Origin: Octopus vulgaris
Taxonomy: Eukaryota
Direction: 5' to 3'
Assembly: GCA_951406725.2 (NCBI GenBank)
Contig: OX597818.1
Span: forward strand, 26,040,001-26,104,000
DNA length: 64,000 nt
Positions 55,528 through 64,000 of the stretch are shown here, piece by piece. Under the pieces are notes generated by a model that worked only from the letters and a program-made list of their open reading frames with translations, was not told where the DNA came from and made no database searches. The position numbers were made by a program, and so were the translations under genes. Every line of letters begins with the position of its first letter. Position 1 is the stretch's first letter.

Positions 55528-57760
55528 AACAGAGTAAAGATTGTTTGCCAACATAACATGGTAGTCCTGTTTTAGGACGAATGTTGCTGTAATTTAACCT
55601 CAGGAGACATCGTCTCCAGCTGGCTATACGACACGGTCTGTGTCCTTATATTTTCGAATAAGGGAAATCTAGCACTCCAACTCAGCTCAAAAGAACATCT
55701 GTATATTGCAATTTCCAGGTTATTTCCCTTCATCAGCACAGAATAATTGTTCGGTTAGAGGTTTATTCTAGGCACAAGGCCTAAACACATAGAGAACATA
55801 CACAAATATGCAGGAACAAAAACACATAAAAGAATGAATGCAAAATGAATTAAATTACAAAGAAAATGAGATGGCCATCTCACTCCGAGATGAAACTGTG
55901 AATTCCTTTTTACTTTAAAACTTTACATTCTAAATAACAATTTCCAGCCCCGCTCTGAGGTGAAACCGCAATTCCCTTTTTGTTTTCACCTTACAATTTT
56001 AAAGGAAACGTTTTAAACTAATATTCATTCAATAGTTACAGGATTTACTTATTTTCCATTTTTTTTAAACAAAAACTTTAACCAAATGTTTTTCTGTCTT
56101 TCACAATCTTTAAAATAAATCACAACTTAGTACTTCATCTTCTCCTTTTCATCCACATCACCGAGGTGCAAGGTTGAACATCCACCTCCGGGCCCAGTGG
56201 ATTCACTTTTTCATAATGCCTTTCAATTTTGGAATTTTTAAAACTTTTAGGTGTCCTATTTCATTTAAAAATCTTGCTTCTGTTTGTGTTTTTTGCCTCT
56301 GTTTTTCTGTAATTCTTGGCTACCCTGTGATTGTGTGTATGTGTCCATGTTTTTGTGTGTCTGTGTTTAATTTGACTGTAATTCTGCATGTTTCATCTGT
56401 GTGTCTGTTTTTAGGTTTCCATAATTCTGAGTTATCTCGTTTCTGTTCGTCTATACTTCTGTGCTTTTGCATGTCTGTGTGTCTGAATGTTTCTGTACCT
56501 GTATGTCTTTACTGGTGATCCTACTGGTAAATCTTCCCCATTTCTCGTCATAGGTTGGGTTACTTCTTCCACTGCTTTGTACTTCGTCAATTCCACTATC
56601 ATTGGTGACTTCCTCCCATCTTTTTTCTTGCTTTCACCTCTAAAAAATTCCTTTCTTGTTCTGTTATCTGTTTTTGCTGTTTCTCCACCATTATATTCTC
56701 CTAAATACTCTCCTCTACAATTTCTACTGCTGCTCTAGGGCATTTCTTTCTCAAGTGCCCTGTTTCACCACATTCATAGTACTTGGGGGGGGGGAGTCTC
56801 CCCGTCAACATTATTTCCAGCTTTTCTTCATTTGATAGCTCTAAAGTTTCATGTCTTTCATTGATATTTTGGGCTCACTGCCCAAATTATCTCTAATCCG
56901 TAGCCCCATACTTCACTTGATGGGTTTGGCTTATCATGCCCATCTTCATGTTTTCATTTTCCTTCCTTATCTCCAAATAAAAAATTGCAGCTATTATCCA
57001 CTCTGGATCTATTCACGGTGGGATTCTTCCCACCATAATTCTTACAATTCTTTTGTCCAAACAGTTTGGTATCAAAGTTCATTTTTCTCCCTGTATCAGC
57101 CTGTTAGGTTTTTTCTGCCTCCTCTACAGATATAAAGGTTAACACTATAGACGCACATCTCTTCCTCTTGTAAAGAATGCTATGCTATCTCTTTCCTCTT
57201 GTAAAGAATGCTATGCTATCTCCTATAAGTTTTTCCAAAATTTCTTCTATTTCTTCCTGCGGCGCATGTTCAATTCTTCTATTTTTATTCACAATGTTCT
57301 AAATATGACTGTCTTCTTTTCTATTTTCACATTTTCCTCCTCTGGCAGGGTCATTTTTATATTTGACCCTTCCTTCTCTACCATACTACTATATTTCTTT
57401 ATCAGCTCTTTATTCCACTGTAACATCTGTTTCAACACACGTGGGTCTAAGGGAACTTGACCTCCAGTAGCTTCTGCATAACTTCTCATTTTTCTCAATT
57501 ATTCACTACCACCCAACAATGGTGGTTTTGTACAAAAAATTCTGCTAGATTTCTAAAAAAACAAAAAAAATTGTTCTGCCAAATTCCCGTTCAAAATATA
57601 TCATTTTCAAAGTGACAACTAGTCACTGATCTATAAATTAGAAAATTACTATTTTAAATATCACAACAAGAGATATTCAGCAACAGTACTTTGGAGTAAA
57701 GACTGTTTGCCAACATAACATGGCAGTCCTGGTTTAGGACGAATGTTGTTGTAATTTTCT
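55528..57760 (-). mobile_element. ORF1-only (CCHC) retroelement with terminal direct repeats, TSD and 3' hammerhead
   Basis: Direct repeats 55532-55594 and 57694-57756. taacaacca flanks both ends. Decayed ORF from 57498 (KEGSNIKMTLPEEE..KTVIFRT) to GRLP.KYYECGETGHLR..C near 56740-56805, homologous to the 14898 ORF. Confidence 0.7.
55699..55741 (-). ncRNA. Type I minimal hammerhead ribozyme (intact core)
   Basis: Minus strand reads CUGUG-CUGAUGA-AGGG(aaauaa)CCUG-GAAA-UUGCAA-UA^UACAG, with a 5-bp stem I, palindromic stem III and AUA triplet. Confidence 0.8.
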
Positions 57761-58145
57761 AACAACCACCAGATTCTGAATTTCTAACAAAACTTTTTAT
57801 TCATATTCCTTAAAATCTTTATTTCGATCTTTTTTTATAATTTATAATACCTAAAATTTGAAGGAAAAAATCAACAAAGTAAATATTTCATAAGCTTTAT
57901 TTCATTTTTGAAATAATATTCATTCATCTTTGTTACCCTCATAGTTTGAATAATATTATCCCTTTTCCACAGTAAAATTAACATTATAAAAATAATATAC
58001 TTTTCAAATAAGAAATATATTTATTGTAAGTTTTTAATGTAGTTCAATTCATAAAGTTCAAACAAATAATTAAATTTTGAAGTTCTACATTGAATTAAGA
58101 ACCAAAACAATATTATAACCAAAATTCTTAAGAAGCAAACACACA

Positions 58146-58600
58146 CTATGATGAAACAAAAGGACATAGAACATCTTTTATTCCATTTCTGAATGGTGTT
58201 TTGTCAACATTAATCCCAAGATTTTCAAGACGTTCAGAAGAAAGATGAGCATTATAGGGGCGCTTTGTGCCTGGGTTATTTTTATCATCAGCAACAATAT
58301 GTGACATGTCCAACCCAAAAATGTCAGCCATTGCAGTCATCATATCATATTTGGTCATGTTATCATTCCCACTCCAGTGGAACACACCAGATATTTTCTC
58401 TTGCTGGAAACACTTTTTTTCTGATATTAGCATAATCAGAGAAGCCAAGTCATCACAGTGGGTCGGGTAACGTCGTTCGTAATGAGAAGAGTGCGAAGTA
58501 ACACCAGAATTCAAAATACTTTTTAGTAAGATTGTTACAGCACTTTCTTCTAAGAATTCCACTTGACCATAAAGAATTGGAACTCTCAAGATAGCAAAGT
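58146..58600 (-). CDS. MAT2B: Methionine adenosyltransferase 2 subunit beta (RmlD-like SDR), terminal exon
   Basis: FAILRVPILYGQVEFLEESAVT...RYPTHCDDLA...GVFHWSGNDNMTKYDM...KRPYNAHLSSERLENLGI...TPFRNGIKDVL. Acceptor ttttccatttgcag, phase 1. AATAAA signals on the minus strand at 58020-58025 and ~57900. Confidence 0.93.
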
Positions 58601-59026
58601 CTGCAAATGGAAAATAATCATGAAAGTTGACTTTTAAACATAAGCAAAAAAAGATATGTATGGTCATACTTAACCAAAATCTGGCGTCTCATGTCTCTCC
58701 ACGAAGAGACATGAGATGCCAGAATTTTCTTTCGTGGCGTAAAGAGGTGGTAAGAGTACATGAAGTTAGGCACTTGCTTCTGGAAATAGTCCAGGCACAG
58801 TAGACGAGTTTGAGTTATTCTGTTTCAAATACCTAATGACCTAACAACAAAAAAGGCCAGCCATTGCCAATCGATAATTGAACCCATCCTAACAAAAATG
58901 TTTAGAATGTATAATGGCAGATTTTATATTTACTGTTTCTCTTCAGACACATTATTCTTGTGCACATTCTTTTTCAACTGCATGTATGTTAAACTAGATT
59001 ATTATCTAAGCTTTGGAAAAAGATTA

Positions 59027-61240
59027 CAGTAGATCCCGCTTAATGTATCCAAAATGGGTTGGGATGAAATTTTTACACATAAAATCTCTTGTTTAATAAA
59101 TCCAAACCATCACTTAGTAAATCCAATTGTTGCTACTTCTTTCTAAAGTGTCAACAAACAGCAGCAAATGAATGAAGTATTGTTTTTTTTTCATTCTTAA
59201 ATACTGACAGGTGGGCCACCAGCAGCCACAGCCAGCCAGCTGTCACATGGTACACTCCATCATCCCAAAATAGATCAATAAATATGTAGTAGCTGGTGGT
59301 GGCTGCTGGAGCCTACCACACAACCCTGTCATTCAAGTGAAAAAGTAGGCTCCTGGACCCCTCTTGTCAAAATTACTTGCCCTTCTCATTTATTGGATGA
59401 TGGAGTGTACCACTGACAGCTGGCTAGTTGTGGGCTGCTGGAGCCTACCTGTCAGTATCTAAGAATAAAAAAACACATCAGGCACACACATACAAGTTGT
59501 TCAAAATGAAAAGAGAGAGGCAGGACAAATCCATGGCAGAAAAGATTCAATTGTTAGAATGTTACAAAGCTCTTGGGAAAATAATTCAGTGGGAAACAGC
59601 ACAGAGTTTGGGAATTTCAAAAAGTCTGCCTCAGAATTTGCTAAAGAACGAGGATGACCTTCATGCCAAAGAATACGATGGCTGTTCATCAAAGAGAAAG
59701 CACCAATGAGAGGGAAAGGACCAACAAATACACTGTGCTCTCTATGATTGGTTTCAATCCTAATGCACAAAGCCAATACCATTGCTGAAGCTGCTGGATA
59801 CAATTTTAAGGCATCCAAAGGTTTGGTTTACCATTGGCAAAAAAGACATAGAATCACTTTTACGGTTCTAAAAGTTTTGTAGTTTGCTAGTCCACATTTT
59901 TCTCATTAAAGAACACAAACTAAACATTTCATATTTTGCAGGTGATGCAGTTGAAGCTGATGTCAATGGGGCCCATCAATTTCATGAGATGACCATGCAG
60001 CTTCTGTTGAAATTGTATCAGCCACAGGACAACTACAATGCTGATGAAACTGGGATCTACTTTTGTGCATTACCAGGGAATACATATGTCTACGAGAGTT
60101 GCAAAACTGTGAGGGGCTTTAAAATGGCAAAGGACTGTGTGACCTTGATGGTGACTTGCAACATGAATGGAGAGAAAGAAGACTTGCTCTTAATCAGAAA
60201 GGCTGGTTTGCCAAGATGCTTCAAAAATGTCAACACACTTCTGATTCAGAATGACTTTTCCACCAATGCTTGGATGACAGAAAATATCCATGGAAGATGG
60301 CTCAGATCTTGGGATCGTCATTTACAGGAATCTAGAAGACAAGTGGTGGTCCTACTTGACAATTGCTCTTCTCATAGTTGATGATGATGTCAAGAATATC
60401 ACTTTAAAATTCCTTCTTCCCAACACGTCAGTGTTGTAGCCCTGTGACATGGGGATAATGAAGACCTTGAAAGCCTACCTCAGGCATGAAATGCACGAGA
60501 TCATTGATGTTATGAAAGACATTAAACATGACATTTCTGCCCAAGAAGTTGCAAAGTGGATCACCATTTTGGATGCCATGTGTATGTTAAGCATAACCTA
60601 GAAGAAAGTCTCTAATCAGACAATCAAACATTGTTGGACCAAAGCTGATTCTGTATCAGCCAAAGAATCAAATGAAGCCATAGATGTTAACAAAGATTTG
60701 ATCCTGCTTTCACCGCCTACGGGACTGACCAAAAGGCAATTCGAGAACTGGTTGTCCATAAATGATGGTGCTATTGTTGCTCCAGAGATCATCACTGAAG
60801 AAGAAAAACTAGATGAGATCATTCGTGACATTCGGCAATCTGAGAAGGAAACCGAAGGAAATGAAGATGGTGATGCTAACATTGATGTTGATGAAAGAGT
60901 TCTGGAGCTTCCAACACCAGCTGAAATGAGACACTATCTGTTTTGATTAGAAAGTGACCTTGAAAGTTTTGATTTCAGTGATATGAATTTTTTTAGAACT
61001 CTTAAGGAAAAAAATCAATGCAGAGATGCGAACAAAGTGTCCAGCAAAGCAAACAGCACTCGACAAATTTTTCATTCAATGACATCGTTTATAATGTTTT
61101 TATTCATGTATTCGCATATGTATTTTAATAAATACACATGTTTAAACAATCAGTGAATTTTGTCCCCTCAGTTAATAAACCCCTCATTTAATAAATCCAA
61201 AACAGGCGGTCCAAAGATGGATTTGTAAAGTAGGGTCCTG
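59027..61240 (+). mobile_element. Tigger/pogo DNA transposon with decayed CENP-B-type DDE transposase, in MAT2B intron
   Basis: YNADETGIYF, NAWMT, VVVLLDNCSSH and LPNTSVL*PCDMGIMKTLKAY motifs. TA-CAGTAGATCCCGCTT left end and a degenerate matching right end. Confidence 0.88.
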
Positions 61241-61408
61241 TTTAAGGTTGTTAATCTTAATTCCACTAAAATAACTAACACACATCATCTACATGTCTAT
61301 AATTGTACACAATCTAGATAAAATAAACTGATTATAAGTAAACAAACTTCTGATGATGAAATTTTAGCTTATAAACACAATGCATTAATTTAAAAGAACA
61401 AAAGTTAC

Positions 61409-61561
61409 CTGAGCTAATGTTCTGTACAGCTTTTTCACCCTGCAGTTTAGAAAGGCCATATTTGTTCAGCGGATTTGGTGCATCAGTAACGTTGTATGGA
61501 GGACTGGTGCCATCAAATACATAGTCAGTGCTAATATACAAAAGCCAAGAAGAGGATTCCA
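61409..61561 (-). CDS. MAT2B: MAT2B internal exon
   Basis: [41 protein letters not shown] (ISTDYVFDG and YxxxK motifs). tttctgtag acceptor and G|gtaact donor, 153 nt, phase 1-1. Upstream exons were not found in this window. Confidence 0.93.
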
Positions 61562-61989
61562 CTACAGAAAATTTGAAAAAAAATCAGAAAGAAATATAAA
61601 ATTAAATACATTTTTTTGTTAAGCATTGATTTTATTACAATAGTTCTATATCCTTATGGTTATCATCATATAATAGTTGTTTCTATTGTCATCTTGTCAT
61701 GATTAGCAATAATGATACAGCAGTGTCTGTTAGCTGGTGAATACTTTTTAGTTAAAATGCATTCAGTGGAAGACTACAAACACACATAGTTCATCTACTT
61801 TTAAATAAACGTGTAGGCACAGGCATGGCTGTGTGGTTAGGAAGCTTGGTTTCAGCCCCATTGTATGGCACCTTGGGTAAGTGTCTTCTACTATAGCTTC
61901 AGGCCAACCAAAGCCTTGTGATTGACTTTGGTAGGTGAAAGTTTCTGTCATGTGTGTACATGTGTGTGTAAGTGTTTGTGCTTCCTAAC

Positions 61990-64000
61990 AGTGAGGCAGG
62001 GGATTCCTCTTCTTCTAAGTAAGGATCTTGAAGGGTGAACTTTCTTTATATAATGGGTGTTGCTCTGCACTGGTGGAGAAACTAAAGTAGCAGCAACTTA
62101 CAGTTCTGGCTTTCTGCAGTACAAGTATGAATGAATGTTTTCATTGTTCCCATAAAATACTTCATGTGGTGAAATCCAAACTAAATGGGAGACCTCATTA
62201 TGCAAATACAGAATTCAGACAAGAAATCACATGTCTTGCTGAGAGCCCCTCAACCTCTAGTCAATGACTGTATTCATAAATGATGTCCAGCATGCAACCA
62301 CTTGATATGAAAAGCTCTAAGAAATCCAGAGCAGCCTAAGATCACCGAGTAGAAGGAAGTATGGGTAAGATTAGTAAGTTCACATTGGATTGGAGTAGGA
62401 CTTGAAACTTGAATACAAGCCCCAAAAGTCTCTCCTACCATCTTAGCAATCCCTGATAATTAATTGTGAATCTATATAAACCATATCATCTTTATGATAC
62501 CCCAGTGTGCATGGTGAACAATATTGATGACATACTTTTGTAGTATTGGCAACTTCATCAAACAATGGTCATGAAGAATGATGCAACCTGAAACAGTTTG
62601 TCTTTAAATAGAGCAAAACTGGAAAAATTTCGAACTTGCCACTTGCATGAGCTTCAGTAGTTAAGTCTTGCTGTGTTGCTATTCTAACAAGCTTCTAAAG
62701 ACAATGTCTTGAGGAACTGCATTCTTTGCTGTGTTATTCTTCAAAGTTTGATGATGGGAATGTTGACTGACATTGTCTGCCAGATTCTTATCATTTTTTA
62801 CCAGAATGATACAGTAAACCGCACTCATTTGGTACAAGGCAAACTGTCCAACATTCTTTGTCATGGCTGGCCTCTGGCTTTTGATCATGCCTAGAAGTAG
62901 CTTGTGGTGACATGATGGTAAACTTTGACCAGAACAAGATGAAAATACTTGACAGCATGCACAACAATCAGTATTTATTTTCAGTTTGGGAGTAGTATTG
63001 TTCCATCCCTGTCAACACTCAGGTTATGTAACCAATGATCTTACCTTTTTGCATCAACAATGGCATGTTTTCTTCATGAAGATGAAATAGACTCTCAAAT
63101 TTGTTTTAGTTAGTATTTCCTTAAGTTTGTCAATAACCAGCTGCTACACCTCAGAGCATCTTCTAGAGGATGTTCTGTCTTGTGAGGTCTCAGAGGGGGA
63201 CACATGTGGCTCCAAAGTGGGGATGAAATCTAGAGACATATTGAGCCATACCCCTAATTGAGCATATTACTCCAAAAGTTTTTTGTAGTCTACATCTAAC
63301 AATGATCTGCAATTTTTAAGGATCAAATGAGACTCCCGTCTCACTGAAGACATGACCACAGAAAGTGAGCTTCTTGACAGCAATCAGGCATTTTTCATTG
63401 GATTTCATTGAGAATCCTAGAAACATTCCAAGGTTGCCTTCAAGCTTGCTTCATGTATAACCTGATTCTTCTCATGAATATTCTTGACAGAAGAAACCCG
63501 CAACTGCTTTTCAGAAAGATCTTGGATGCTACTGTAACACCAAATAGCTGCCCTTTATATAGATACAGCCCTCAGTGCAAGGTATACTTTGTTATGTACT
63601 GACATGATTCTGCCAGTTCAAGCTAATAATATGTATTTAACAGGTTCAACCTGCTTATGTCTGTAGATGAGTTGAGGTCAGCAATGAAACATTAACTAGC
63701 ATGGAATGTTTCTCCCTCTGATAATCTCATTCACATTTCACAAACTCTTACTCTTTATTTTCTTGGGGACCATTACCATCACAGGACTCACCAAGTGTGT
63801 GGGACCCATAATCTTTTCAATGTCATCTAGCTGTTTTAATTATGCACTTTCTGTTTCCACATCTTTCCAAAACATGGAAATATGTAATTTGACCATGATC
63901 ACAGAAAGTTTACCTATCTTACTTACTGAAAGGTTTACGGAAAGATGAAAAGGCAAAATGAACAATGTGAAATGTTGTTTGTACAGGACCGTCTTTGTAT
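61990..64000 (+). mobile_element. Highly decayed LINE (possibly L1/Tx1 endonuclease-RT)
   Basis: Weak motifs only: DH..V and GVG.WKLN.SL-like near 62340-62435, and a QGCPL-like trace. Heavily disrupted. Confidence 0.3.

Noticed and set aside
58601-58667. N-terminal extension MTIHIFFCLCLK.. of the listed 173-aa ORF
   Set aside because: It is intronic. Homology and the splice acceptor begin at 58600.
59884-60946. Possible domesticated Tigger (TIGD-like) gene
   Set aside because: Multiple stops and frameshifts with retained termini indicate a decayed transposon.

Overview
AT-rich, repeat-dense animal genomic DNA. The SINE/LINE/microsatellite landscape looks like an octopus (coleoid cephalopod); this is an inference from repeat style. 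Two convergent spliced genes are supported. On the + strand is the 3' part of a single-pass membrane protein with a tyrosine-motif cytoplasmic tail (exons 19985-20008?, 20635-20706, 24917-24998, 36677-37073). On the - strand are the last two coding exons of a MAT2B/RmlD-like gene (61409-61561, 58146-58600). The rest is decayed mobile DNA: RTE, CR1/L2-like and L1/Tx1-like LINE remnants, a Tigger/pogo transposon, a Helitron, a solo LTR, MITEs and many SINEs. The most notable hidden signal is a set of type I hammerhead ribozyme motifs of the Penelope-like (PLE) kind. Three have intact CUGAnGA/GAAA/NUH cores (984-1035, 46367-46460, 55699-55741) and at least six are decayed. Several sit in inverted repeats or foldbacks, and one lies inside an RT-less, zinc-knuckle-ORF element with terminal direct repeats just downstream of MAT2B. 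All folds and translations were read by eye; no database search was run.
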